Below, in pieces: positions 15,779 through 28,515 of a DNA stretch of 64,000 nt. Positions within the stretch are counted from its first letter, which is position 1. Every line of letters begins with the position of its first letter. The translations under genes were made by a program, and so were the position numbers. The notes under the pieces are model-generated. The model searched no databases. It was not told where the DNA came from and was given only the letters and a program-made list of their open reading frames with translations. Origin of the DNA: Eledone cirrhosa (lineage: Eukaryota). The stretch lies in the NCBI GenBank assembly GCA_964016885.1, contig OZ024741.1, positions 345,092,001 to 345,156,000 of the forward strand, given 5' to 3'.

Positions 15779-16519
15779 TCCAAAAGTCCCTGGCCTGGCA
15801 GTGCTACCGAGGAGCTCTACCAGTTCGAGACAAGCTGTACAGACATGGGCGCCCGGGAAGGGACGCTTCGAAAAAGATCTGTCCGAGATGCGTGCGAGAC
15901 GAAGAAACCGTCGCGCACGCATTCATACACTGCCCGGGCGTTACCGACCTGTGGGGCTATGTAGAATGACTATTGTCGCGGGTGAGACCAATCCGGTTGA
16001 CCACCGAGTCCATTGTCATGATCAAACCGATTCAAAAACGAAGGAGGGGCGGTTTTCCTTTGTGTGATAGATATGGCGAAAGAGGTTGTATGGTGGACGA
16101 GGTTAAAAGGGCTGAGGTCAGACACCTTTCTCTCCGGCCAACAACTGATTCTTTTTTTCAAATACCACTTTGGAAGAAGAATCAGGATGGAGAGAGAGGT
16201 GCTGTACCCCAGCAAGTTTTATGAAAGGTAGGTGAAAGTGGCGAGAATGGCCCGAGTGAATGGGTCTTCTCTCTATATCAGCCTGTAGGTTGAGGAAAAA
16301 GAGGAAGAGAGGAAAGGGGTACAAACTCTTCGTACTCCTGGAGATGAGGGTTGCACATTTTTTCGGGGGTATGTGCTACCCATATGAACTGTCTCCCCCT
16401 ATTGGGGAAAATCGATTAACTTTTAATTTACAATTGTGATAATATTTTACACGCTTTGTATGTAAACTCCCCCTTTGTAATTGTCCCCTTCTTTTGTGCC
16501 CCTGTGGCTAATAAAGAAA
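15779..16519 (+). mobile_element. 5'-truncated Tx1/L1-like LINE 3' end
   Basis: CCHC finger CPRC...ETVAHAFIHC, then AKEVVWWTR...FKYH..RRIRME; AATAAAG 3' end; embedded in (TCTA)n. Confidence 0.75.
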
Positions 16520-16535
16520 CATATCTATCTATCTA

Positions 16536-17069
16536 TTGACTGCCGAGTCCATAGTAAGGATCAAACCACCAGCCTCTTTCAAAAACAAAAGAGAGGCGGT
16601 TTTCTTCTGTACAGTGGCTATGGTGAAATAAGTTATATGGTGGACGAGATTGAGAGGACTGAGGACAGATTCCTTTCTCTCCGGACAACAATTGATTCCC
16701 TTCTTTAAGTATCACTTTAGAAGGAGAATCAGAGTGGAGAGAGAGGCACTGCACCCCAGTAAATTTACTGAAAGGTGGGTGAATGTGGCGAAAATGGCTC
16801 GAGTGATTGGGCCTTCTCTGTTTATAAGCCTGTAGGTTAAAGAAGCGAGCAAAAGGAAGAAAGGAGCACTTGCACAACACGCTCCTGGAGTTGAGGGTTG
16901 TTCTATTGACGGGGTATTAAACAACCCATTTGTGACGCTTCCCCCCCTATTGGGGATTTTGATTGTTGTAATTGTTTGTTTTATATTTTTTACACGACTG
17001 TATGTAAAATCCCCGGCATGTCTTTGTATTGTACCCTTTTCTTGTGCGCCCTTGTGGCAAATAAAGAAA
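16536..17069 (+). mobile_element. Second, diverged 5'-truncated Tx1/L1-like copy in tandem
   Basis: Collinear homology with 15996-16519; ends AATAAAGAAA(TCTA)n. Confidence 0.75.
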
Positions 17070-17092
17070 TCTATCTATCTATCTATCTATCT

Positions 17093-17178
<86 letters not shown>

Positions 17179-17296
17179 GACGTAAAATAAGAAAATTATA
17201 AAAATTTACTTACTTACTAAAATTTCACTCCAACTAATTAGTTTCTGGAAGGGAATAAACATGGTGAATAAACATTCTGAAAGGGAATAAACAAGT

Positions 17297-17510
17297 GACT
17301 GATACAGTTGGGCGTTGGCTGTCAAGTGTCTAAGAGACCAACAGAATGATTAGGCTTAAATACCTGTAATATTCATGAAAGCTATTTTCGGCTTTGATGT
17401 TAGAGCTATTATCCTGGTCTGCATTTCATATCTGCAAATTTACCCATGGTAATTGCACTACAGCCCTCACTTTAATTCAATCAGTTGAACCAGACACCAT
17501 TCCATCTCTA
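17297..17510 (+). repeat. Dispersed ~215 bp repeat
   Basis: Near-identical reverse complement at ~54414-54632. Confidence 0.75.
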
Positions 17511-18134
17511 AAAACACACGTCCTTCTGCGCGTGTGACCAGCAGAAAATCGCTGGTATAAATACACCGTCTAGCTCACTCAACAAATTCAGTGATATATA
17601 TATTTTTATTTATATATTTTCTTTATAATACTTCTCTTCCTATTCAATCAATATCCGGTTTACAAATAAGGAGAATGTAGCCTCGTTTTAATACACCTTT
17701 TCTAAGAAACTTAATAGCTAGGTTTCATATCAATAACATACCAATCATTGATGTGTTCGCCTCGCTAAAACAACGGTAAGTACATTACATTTTTTTTGTT
17801 TTACTTGCAATTAATTTTTATGATATCAAAATAATCCAAAATTCAAATATTACATGTAAAATATATTACCCAAAACATGTATTTAGATCACCATACTTGG
17901 TAAATAACAAATATGCGTGGACATGAAATTATATACACTCTTTTCTCTTGTCTGCTAACATATTTTCAATAGTATTCATGTTTTTAGCTAAAAGGAGCCT
18001 GTCGTCTCTATAAATTCCTCCTTGGAGGTTACTAAATTTCTTATGTAAGTTATGCGCTATATATATTCCTACTGTTTTCATTTTCTTTATTCTCCGATGT
18101 ATCTATAAATACCAGTGCCCTGTGTTACCCACTT

Positions 18135-18249
18135 CAGTATTCCGATGACTTGATCAGATACACACACTGTAATTATGGTCGAGTGACGCAATTTTTAGCG
18201 ACCAGCGGCCTTTAGACTCACCTGATCAATGAAACAATTGTTAATATTG
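18135..18249 (+). ncRNA. Type I hammerhead motif, CCGANGA core variant, long stem II
   Basis: Stem I CAGTATT/AATATTG, CCGATGA, stem II TTGATCAG...CTGATCAA, GAAA, palindromic CAATTG, TT. Confidence 0.7.
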
Positions 18250-18449
18250 TAAATAAACCCTTTTTGTACAGCCGCCCATGATATTATTCACCCTTTCACT
18301 ATTATTACTCCAAGAATGACCTGCGTAGGAATTCTCGTAAACTCGCCACATAACTGAGGAAACTTCTTGTTGAGTCAAACAATGCCGTACGTTAAAACTA
18401 TCCATAGTACAGAGTACTCACAACCTCTAACTGGATTACCTAAAACGAC

Positions 18450-18519
<70 letters not shown>

Positions 18520-19016
18520 ATTTCCGTAGGAAAGGTAAAGGAAAAGAGAGTGCTCTATGTAGGCTACAGAGCCTTTTAGTTATGTAATAAACAACATAAG
18601 ATAATTATTTCATTTACCAAAGGTTTCACGGAGACAGACGATCCTGGCACAGACGTATGCCTTCAATCGTCAGAAACTTTGATAAATGAAATAATTATCT
18701 TATATATATATATATATGTATATAAAAACAAATAACGAAACGAAATTAAATTTCGTTTCGTTTGTAACTCACTTTTGTATGACTGACGCTTAAACAATTA
18801 AGTTAAAAATGTACATCCACATATGTATACTGAAATACTAGTATGCATATGAATACACACACGTATACATATGTAGATGTACCAAGTCTTTCACTGGTTA
18901 CTTTACTGTGAGTATCCAGCTATTCTGTATGTAAACACACAGACAAACCGGTTTTTAGAGTCATACTGGTTTTTGAGGAAACACCTTTCCTCTATTCTCC
19001 AGAAAGCCAGACAAGG

Positions 19017-19061
19017 AATATTGAACTAGTTTCGTTGTTGTTACAACTCATCAGCAATATT
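19017..19061 (-). ncRNA. Minimal type I hammerhead ribozyme (family A)
   Basis: Reverse complement AATATTG-CTGATGA-GTTGT(aaca)ACAAC-GAAA-CTAG-TT-CAATATT. Confidence 0.88.
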
Positions 19062-19548
19062 TACCTATCTACCGGCCTTTCTGGAAAATCGTAAAAGCAC
19101 ATATCGTTATATGCTTTTTCTATGAAAATTAGTAGTGGGCAGACTAATTTGCATAGAGTGTGAGTACGTACCGGCTCAACGGAGACGATAAAAACAAATA
19201 ACGAAACGAAATTAAATTTCGTTTCGTTTGTAACTCACTTTTGTATGACTGACGCTTAAACAATTAAGTTAAAAATGTACATCCACATATGTATACTGAA
19301 ATACTAGTATGCATATGAATACACACACGTATACATATGTAGATGTACCAAGTCTTTCACTGGTTACTTTACTGTGAGTATCCAGCTATTCTGTATGTAA
19401 ACACACAGACAAACCGGTTTTTAGAGTCATACTGGTTTTTGAGGAAACACCTTTCCTCTATTCTCCAGAAAGCCAGACTAATTTTCATAGAAAAAGCATA
19501 TAACGATATGTGCTTTTACGATTCTCCAGAAAGGCCGGTAGATAGGTA

Positions 19549-19593
19549 AATATTGCTGATGAGTTGTAACAACAACGAAACTAGTTCAATATT
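19549..19593 (+). ncRNA. Minimal type I hammerhead ribozyme (family A)
   Basis: AATATTG-CTGATGA-GTTGT(aaca)ACAAC-GAAA-CTAG-TT-CAATATT: perfect stems I and II, intact core, palindromic stem III. Confidence 0.9.
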
Positions 19594-20014
19594 CCTTGTC
19601 TGGCTTTCTGGAGAATAGAGGAAAGGTGTTTCCTCAAAAACCAGTATGGCTCTAAAAACCGGTTTGTCTGTGTGTTTACATACAGAATAGCTGGATACTC
19701 ACAGTAAAGTAACCAGTGAAAGACTTGGTACATCTACATATGTATACGTGTGTGTATTCATATGCATACTAGTATTTCAGTATACATATGTGGATGTACA
19801 TGTTTAACTTAATTGTTTAAGCGTCAGTCATACAAAAGTGAGTTACAAACGAAACGAAATTTAATTTCGTTTCGTTATTTGTTTTTATCGTCTCCGTTGA
19901 GCCGGTACGTACTCACGCTCTATGTAAATTAGTCTGCCCACTACTAATTTTCATAGAAAAAGCATATAACGATATGTGCTTTTACGATTCTCCAGAAAGG
20001 CCGGTAGATAGGTA

Positions 20015-20059
20015 AATATTGCTGATGAGTTGTAACAACAACGAAACTAGTTCAATATT
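20015..20059 (+). ncRNA. Minimal type I hammerhead ribozyme (family A)
   Basis: Identical to 19549-19593. Confidence 0.9.
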
Positions 20060-20479
20060 CCTTGTCTGGCTTTCTGGAGAATAGAGGAAAGGTGTTTCCT
20101 CAAAAACCAGTATGACTCTAAAAACCGGTTTGTCTGTGTGTTTACATACAGAATAGCTGGGTACTCACAGTAAAGTAACCAGTGAAAGACTTGGTACATC
20201 TACATATGTATACGTGTGTGTATTCATATGCATACTAGTATTTCAGTATACATATGTGGATGTACATTTTTAACTTAATTGTTTAAGCGTCAGTCATACA
20301 AAAGTGAGTTACAAACGAAACGAAATTTAATTTCGTTTCGTTTTTGTTTTTATCGTCTCCGTTGAGCCGGTACGTACTCACACTCTATGTAAATTAGTCT
20401 GCCCACTACTAATTTTCATAGAAAAAGCATATAACGATATGTGCTTTTACGATTCTCCAGAAAGGCCGGTAGATAGGTA

Positions 20480-20524
20480 AATATTGCTGATGAGTTGTAA
20501 CAACAACGAAACTAGTTCAATATT
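20480..20524 (+). ncRNA. Minimal type I hammerhead ribozyme (family A)
   Basis: Identical to 19549-19593. Confidence 0.9.
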
Positions 20525-20945
20525 CCTTGTCTGGCTTTCTGGAGAATAGAGGAAAGGTGTTTCCTCAAAAACCAGTATGACTCTAAAAACCGGTTTGTCT
20601 GTGTGTTTACATACAGAATAGCTGGGTACTCACAGTAAAGTAACCAGTGAAAGACTTGGTACATCTACATATGTATACGTGTGTGTATTCATATGCATAC
20701 TAGTATTTCAGTATACATATGTGGATGTACATTTTTAACTTAATTGTTTAAGCGTCAGTCATACAAAAGTGAGTTACAAACGAAACGAAATTTAATTTCG
20801 TTTCGTTATTTGTTTTTATCGTCTCCGTTGAGCCGGTACGTACTCACACTCTATGTAAATTAGTCTGCCCACTACTAATTTTCATAGAAAAAGCATATAA
20901 CGATATGTGCTTTTACGATTCTCCAGAAAGGCCGGTAGATAGGTA

Positions 20946-20990
20946 AATATTGCTGATGAGTTGTAACAACAACGAAACTAGTTCAATATT
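20946..20990 (+). ncRNA. Minimal type I hammerhead ribozyme (family A)
   Basis: Identical to 19549-19593. Confidence 0.9.
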
Positions 20991-21842
20991 CCTTGTCTGG
21001 CTTTCTGGAGAATAGAGGAAAGGTGTTTCCTCAAAAACCAGTATGACTCTAAAAACCGGTTTGTCTGTGTGTTTACATACAGAATAGCTGGATACTCACA
21101 GTAAAGTAACCAGTGAAAGACTTGGTACATCTACATATGTATACGTGTGTGTATTCATATGCATACTAGTATTTCAGTATACATATGTGGATGTACATTT
21201 TTAACTTAATTGTTTATATATATATATATATATATATGGTGGCTGCCAACTCGTTTTCGAGTACGGCCACTACTTTATATCCATGTAGGAGAACCCCTAC
21301 CGAAGCGCTGAACGAGTGTGACTTTTTAGTCCAGCCAGCGACTTGAAACCTCTGGTACAAACACAACACTTGTGACAATTATTGACACATAGTGCTGGGC
21401 CCATGGTACCATGTGAGGACAAGTGCAGAGAGATCTCCAGATATAAAGCAATGCCTGTGCCGTGAAGCTTTTATAGTGAGCAAAGGCACTGCACAAAGCC
21501 AGTCCCACTCTCTTAACCAACATGATATTTACCAAAAAGAAGAACAAGTCAACATCATTGGATACCATCAGGGTTGCAGGTGTTATATCAGAGTTTTCCT
21601 TCTCCTAGAATTCTGCCTTGATAAAGGCTAAGGGGTCATCTCTCCCGGTGATTTTGGATGGCCATTGACTCTTAAGAGCTCCTTTGCCCTTTGACAGGTT
21701 TTGTTTTTAGTCCTGCAGGATGTCCAAAGTCACCCTCCTCACCAAGAAACCTTGGTGGGGTTGCCAGTTTAGTCGCCAACGACCCGACCATGAGACAGGT
21801 TGTACTGGGATACATGTTACCAGTAGCACCAACTGGTGACCT

Positions 21843-21886
<44 letters not shown>

Positions 21887-22572
21887 GTTTTTGTAAGCTA
21901 TTAGTTTCTTAATAATTAGAAATTCTCCTAGTGTTTGATACTTTATTACTGAACTAAGCTTCCATAAATTGTGTGATATACGTATATATCTACTTCGTTT
22001 TTTCATTTATTTTGATTTCTAATCTGAAAACGTATTCAAACAGATATTGTTATACTTTGGTTTTCACTTCAATTTATTATAAACTAGCAGAATGGGCCGG
22101 CGTTGCTCGGGATTCTAAACATAGATTTACATGTTTGTATCAACATAGAAGCTATTGCTTCGGTTTTTGTCATATGCATTTTCATTTTGTTCTTATTGAA
22201 GAACAAAGCGATATTAAAGAGAAAGTCATGTAAGGCATTGTAAGAAGGTAAAAGCAGCGAGATATATTGTTCTAAACGTAAGAATATTAAAATGCATCAT
22301 TTGGAAATATATAGAAATTTGTTACGTGTTGCAATCTTCTCTTACGATACATTAAAATGCATCAGTTGGAAATCTCTATAAATATTTTACATGCTGCAAT
22401 CTTCTTTACGACATGAACATTTGCTAAAAATCAGAGTTACATCTCAAAATGAATCAACGCCTTTTCCAAAAGACTTAAAATCTTATTGTAAAGCCGTCTG
22501 TGCTTTCATGAAATAAATACGTTTGTTTATATTTTGTTTTTGTGTATGCAAAAATATCTGTACAAGTATATA

Positions 22573-22638
<66 letters not shown>

Positions 22639-22835
22639 GATAAATCTACCAAGAGTTTACGGTAGTGTCCAATCCGTATGAAGAACTCAATGTATTCCGG
22701 ATATCACGGAAAGAAGAGATGTAATGAAAAATCACTTTCGGTGAAAGATAAACGGTATACAGAGTCAAGATAAAATATTAAACAAATAATGAATAAAACA
22801 ATGAAACAGTTCCTTATATTAAACAAAAAAAGTTC

Positions 22836-22984
22836 ATTATTTAACGATCGTTTCTAGGATATATATGTGTTAGAATTGGCATGCATATTCAACAGATCTA
22901 TGTACAAAATTATACAAAATTATACAAACTATCAAGATTAAATATACATACCAAACACACATATACGCCGTCTTCAGAAATAAT
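22836..22984 (-). ncRNA. PLE-associated hammerhead ribozyme, long stem II
   Basis: Minus strand ATTATTT-CTGAAGA-~115 nt hairpin-GAAA-CGATCG-TT-AAATAAT. Confidence 0.75.
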
Positions 22985-23612
22985 TAAATATATTTATTGA
23001 TAATAACAACAATTCAAAATTTCAGGTCCGTTTGGGAACAGAGTTCAAAATTGACCAATGAAAATACAAAAGGTTTTATGCAGTTTGGTGTGTGTATATA
23101 CATGTAACTACCCCGTACACATATTTATACAAAGATGTATGCTCAACATGCATACGCATGCCAAAAAGATGCATGCAAATACAAAATTTCAAGGCTAATG
23201 TCTCTGTAAGTTTATAATGCACAGATAAGATGCGTATAGACACATAAATATGAAATAAGTGTATACACATATTCTCATACTCACACATATCCGTACACTC
23301 ACACACACGCGCGCGTATATGCATAAACATACACATAATTACGAACATACATACACACACACACCCCCACACACATATATATATGTGGATATAATATTAT
23401 CATAAGCACATGGATATTAATTCACTCACATAAACACTGCCACACACACTTAGATCAAGATACAGAAATTAGGTGGGAGGGGGGGAGAGGTCAGTATTCA
23501 ACGGTTTGGGCAGACTGCTTATTTATAGATGTATCTATAAACTAAGAAATAAAAAATAAAAAATAAAAAGGAAAGAAAAGAAAAAGAAAAAAGAAAAAAG
23601 AAATATATCAAG

Positions 23613-23671
<59 letters not shown>

Positions 23672-23738
23672 CTACACATAGAACACACATACACACACAT
23701 ATATATAAACATATACATATACACACATACACACATAT

Positions 23739-23807
<69 letters not shown>

Positions 23808-24324
23808 TACACATATAATCACACATACATATATAGACACACATATATATACACATACACGCACATATACATACACATACATACTTATATACATACAGAT
23901 ATACACATACATACCTATATATACACACAAATACATACAGACATACATACATACATACACACAAATACTTACGCATCCATATATCGGTATATACATACAA
24001 ACACCACTACACTCTCACACAACTCAGACATACAAAGAAAAAGGTATATACCTATACACATATACACATACAAATAGAGATACATATACATATATATATA
24101 TATACACATATATATATATATATATATACATACACATATACACATATATATATACATACACATACATACATGTACACACACATACATATACATACATACA
24201 CACATACACACATACATATATAGTCATACACACACATACACCTACACGAACATACACATACACATATATAAAGATATATATACACACACACACATACACA
24301 CACACACATATATATAAAATAAAG

Positions 24325-24357
<33 letters not shown>

Positions 24358-24918
24358 TATATACACATACACATATACATACACATATATGTACTTACAT
24401 ACACATACATACATACATATACACATATATATATATATATATACACACATAGACACATACATACATACACACACAACATACATACACACACATATATACT
24501 CATACATAGACATAGATATATATTCATACATACATACGCACTTACATATACTCATATATACAAATACATACGCATCCATATATGCGTATATACATACAAA
24601 CACCACTACACTCTCACACAACTCAGACATACAAAGAAAAAGGTATATACATATACATATATACACACATTAATAGAGATACATATACACATATATATAT
24701 ATATATATACACATACATTTATATATATACACCCACACACACATACAACCATAAACACACATACAAACACACACATACACACATATATACATACATATAT
24801 ATACACACACACAAAAAACACACATACACATATATATTTTTACACATATATATACACATATATACATATACACACCCTCACATATACACACATACACATA
24901 AGTTATATTATAATAATA

Positions 24919-24961
<43 letters not shown>

Positions 24962-26028
24962 CGAATATAGACATATATACACACATAGATATACATATAT
25001 ATATATATACACACACACACACACTCACATATATATGTGCGCACACGTACATATATACACATACACACATATACACATAAACATATACATGTGCATACAT
25101 GTACATACACACATATACCCACATAGATACGAAGATAGACATATATATAGAGAGACATACATATATATACACACATATATACATACACATACATACACAC
25201 ATATATATATATATATACACACACACATACACGCCCACACACATATACACATATACACATATACACATATATATATATATACATATACACATATACATAC
25301 ACATGCATATATACACATATATATACACATACACACATATATATACACACAATCTTACATTCTTATTTGCATGCGCATATATGTATTTTTATATTCAGAT
25401 ATAAACACCCAAACATATATACACCTACCTACATATATATTCATACATACACGCTTACAAACACAGATGATAATAGTATGGGGGAAAGGGGGGGGGGGTG
25501 GAGAAGGGGATTATAGTAAATATATGTTTCAAGAAACATAGAATATTATCTGTATCTGGATCCCAATATATGTTTTTACATAGTTTCAGTGTTAGGAAAT
25601 GCAAGAAATAAGGCAAAATTATGCATTTCAAAATAAGTATACCATTAATTATATGTTAACTAAACTAAAGATAGTTAACATATTGATTTCTAAGGTGTAA
25701 ATTAGTTAGGTTTATAATATTTGAAGCAGAATTTTGAAGTTAAATAGTAGTAGAGTATTAATTATAGTATAACTAAATTAAAGTTATTAACGTTATGGTA
25801 TCAATATTAGGAAATGAATTTAGTAATAGGGAAAAAACAAATAAAGTATTACATCGGTAGTAGAATATAAATTATAGGTTAACTAAATTAAAAATTATAT
25901 ATTAATTTCTATAGTATATGTTAATTAGGTATATAATAAATAAAACAGATATTGTATTTTATCAATAGCAGAATATAATTATATGCAAATAGAAATCAAA
26001 ATTAATACATATACATATACATATACAT

Positions 26029-26075
<47 letters not shown>

Positions 26076-26567
26076 TACATACACATACATATACATACAT
26101 ACATATACATATTTTTTCAAAAATTGCAAAGAATATATTAACTAGGTATACATCCAAAACACATCCCATTCTATGATTACATGACACTCTGCAATCCGTC
26201 TGTATTAGGATACTAATTTTAAGCCAATTAAATTAAATTTTTAGGTTGACTAAATTTAAAACCAAATTATAAATATATTTCTAAAATGTATATTAATTAG
26301 GTCTATAATACTAAAAATTATTTCTCTGTCATTGGATACACGATATTTTGTTATATTTTATCTGTAAAGGAATTTTAATAAAAGGTTTAAATAAATTAAA
26401 ATTAATCTATAAATTAAATTACTAAGTATATATTAGTAATATTTAAAGGTTTTTCACAATTTATGATTACACAATATTTTATATTCTCATCTGTAGTAGA
26501 ATTTTAATTAAATTAAATTTATAGGTTAACTAACATTTAAATTAAATTAATTTCTAAAATAATGTTA

Positions 26568-28493
26568 TTAATTAGGTTTATAATATTTAAATGTTTTTTT
26601 TAGTTTATGATTACACGATATAATTAATTCCTGTCGTTTATTTAATAGGATATCCTTGGATTTCATTATTTCAAATAGTTCTTGGGAACATAATCTACAT
26701 TCATTTCTATTATTTTGATAAGGGGTGGCTCTTTTGAGCACACTCCAGGTCAAATCATATTCTATATTCTTATTTTTATAACTATTGATTTTTTCTGCTA
26801 GAGATGTTGTATTAGCCAGTGCGGCATTTTTAAAACTATGCTTGTGGGTATTAAACCTTGTCTTAAAATTGTTAGAAGTAGCTCCTATATATGAGCAAAT
26901 AGAATCTTTAGTTTTAACATTACATTTATAGACTATGTTGTTAACAAGACAATTCCCTTTTAATGGGCAGTTTGCTTTGTTTCTACAGTTACAACCTTTC
27001 GTTAATTCTGTATTTGAGGAGATATTATGGTTAATTTGATGTACTGGTGGTATACTTATGGTTTTCTTACATTTATATGCATTATAGGCACTTATATTTT
27101 GTTTTATGTTATTTGTTGTTGAGTATGAGAATTTAACTGTAGACCTATTTAAGATTTGATGGTATTTGTGGTTTGGCGGGAAGTTTTTCTCTAGGATATA
27201 AAAAAATTTTTTAGCAATATTATCCTTAATTTGTAAATTAAATGGAGCATTATACCAAGTAACCCGTCTATTACGGTTTCTATGTTGTTTATTATTTTTA
27301 TTATTTTTATAGGTTGTATCGTGATGTTTACTAGGAGGATTAATGTTAATGATCTCACCACAACCATTTTTAGTTATATTTGTAGATTTAGGTGTTTTAT
27401 CTTTTTTATTAGGAGTTTTATTATTAATATTTATTAGAGTTGTATGATGAGTAGTTTTTTGAGAGTTACTATATTTTATATTAGAAGATTTGGTATTTTG
27501 GGGTATAGTGTGGGTGGCATTTAGGTGTGTACTTTTCATTTGGTGTTTGTTGGTAATATTAGGTTGTATGCTTTTAGTATTTTTAGTAGAAGGTATATAT
27601 TCTAATCTATTTTTGTGGCCACTTCTATCTAGAGCTTCGTTATAGAAGGTCGCATTTTTATCAAATACATCTTGGTTAGAAGAAAGGTTAGAAATTCTAA
27701 GTGATATATTATATGCAAGGTTTTTAAGGATAGATTTAGGGTGATTAGATTGTGAGTGTATGTAATGTAAGTTTTGGTTTGGTTTATGGTAAGGTTGGTA
27801 GATACCCGTAGCTAAATCTAAAGTTATATCTAGGAAATTTACTACTTTACTTGTTTTTTCAAAAGTAATATGAAGATTATAATAGTCTTTAAGGAAAGTT
27901 CTAATATGTTTTTTGTTTTTTTCAATTTCTGAAAGGCTAAGGTTGTTAGAAAGAAGAAGACAGTCATCACGATATAAACCACCTTTGAGGTGGGGAAAGG
28001 AGGCATTTATGTTGAAAAGGAGAAAGAGGCCCACAAGATCAGTAATTTGGGCGGAATCGCTTGAACCCATAGTAATATCAAATAGATTACTATATGTGTT
28101 TCTGGTCCAGTATTCATTCTGAAATTCAATAAGTGTTAGTCTAGCATGTGTAATAATATTAATGTCATCCAAAGTTAAGTTAGATCTATTTTTAGCAAAT
28201 ATCAATGCTTTGTTCAGGAGTATAGGTGATATAGAAGAATAGTAATTATCTATATCAAATTGTAGAAATGAAGCAGAAGATTTACATCTAATATTTTTAA
28301 ACCAGTTAATTACCTGGGAGGTGTTTTCCCAGAGTGGTAAAATAACGTGTTTTCTTATTTGTGGGATGACTCTATCCAAAATTTTTTTGCTAATTATTCC
28401 AATATCTGATTTGGAGGGACATATAAGTCTTATAGAAGGATTTGAGTTAAAGTTTGATTTATGATCCTTCAGGTTGAAGTGTGGTCTTTTCAA
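26568..28493 (-). CDS. PLE polyprotein (reverse transcriptase + GIY-YIG endonuclease), 5'-truncated open frame
   Basis: LKDHK, FDIDNYYSSI, ITMGS, LYRDD, VNFLDITL, SNHP, CNC..CPL..C, IVYKC...YIGAT..FKTR...H, CRLC..E; no ATG start. Confidence 0.92.
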   Translation of the reverse strand: MKRPHFNLKDHKSNFNSNPSIRLICPSKSDIGIISKKILDRVIPQIRKHVILPLWENTSQVINWFKNIRCKSSASFLQFDIDNYYSSISPILLNKALIFAKNRSNLTLDDINIITHARLTLIEFQNEYWTRNTYSNLFDITMGSSDSAQITDLVGLFLLFNINASFPHLKGGLYRDDCLLLSNNLSLSEIEKNKKHIRTFLKDYYNLHITFEKTSKVVNFLDITLDLATGIYQPYHKPNQNLHYIHSQSNHPKSILKNLAYNISLRISNLSSNQDVFDKNATFYNEALDRSGHKNRLEYIPSTKNTKSIQPNITNKHQMKSTHLNATHTIPQNTKSSNIKYSNSQKTTHHTTLININNKTPNKKDKTPKSTNITKNGCGEIININPPSKHHDTTYKNNKNNKQHRNRNRRVTWYNAPFNLQIKDNIAKKFFYILEKNFPPNHKYHQILNRSTVKFSYSTTNNIKQNISAYNAYKCKKTISIPPVHQINHNISSNTELTKGCNCRNKANCPLKGNCLVNNIVYKCNVKTKDSICSYIGATSNNFKTRFNTHKHSFKNAALANTTSLAEKINSYKNKNIEYDLTWSVLKRATPYQNNRNECRLCSQELFEIMKSKDILLNKRQELIISCNHKLKKTFKYYKPN

Positions 28494-28515
28494 TGCCTAA
28501 AAGACCATTTAGGCA

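Larger units (their letters stand above)
18722..21214. mobile_element. Retrozyme-like tandem array: 466-bp hammerhead-containing unit, ~1.6 copies minus + ~3.7 copies plus (family A)
   Basis: Plus-strand unit starts at 19477, 19943, 20408 and 20874; minus-strand period 18722->19188; inversion junction at 19477-19478; (TA)n on both flanks; one HHR per unit. Confidence 0.9.
22636..28501 (-). mobile_element. Penelope-like retroelement, left copy (5'-truncated, complete 3' end)
   Basis: RT + GIY-YIG ORF, ~3.9 kb microsatellite-rich 3' region with HHR, terminus at (TA)n. Confidence 0.9.

Noticed and set aside
18595-18703. Hairpin containing CTGACGA...GAAAC on the minus strand
   Set aside because: No consistent stem I/III or NUH site; at best a rearranged remnant.
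18722-21214. CRISPR-like array or ordinary satellite
   Set aside because: No unique spacers and a eukaryotic context; the unit is better explained by the hammerhead motif.
21750-21845. Possible HDV-like ribozyme on the minus strand of an unclassified repeat (21238-21845)
   Set aside because: P2/P4-like pairings are visible, but a full nested double pseudoknot could not be built by eye.
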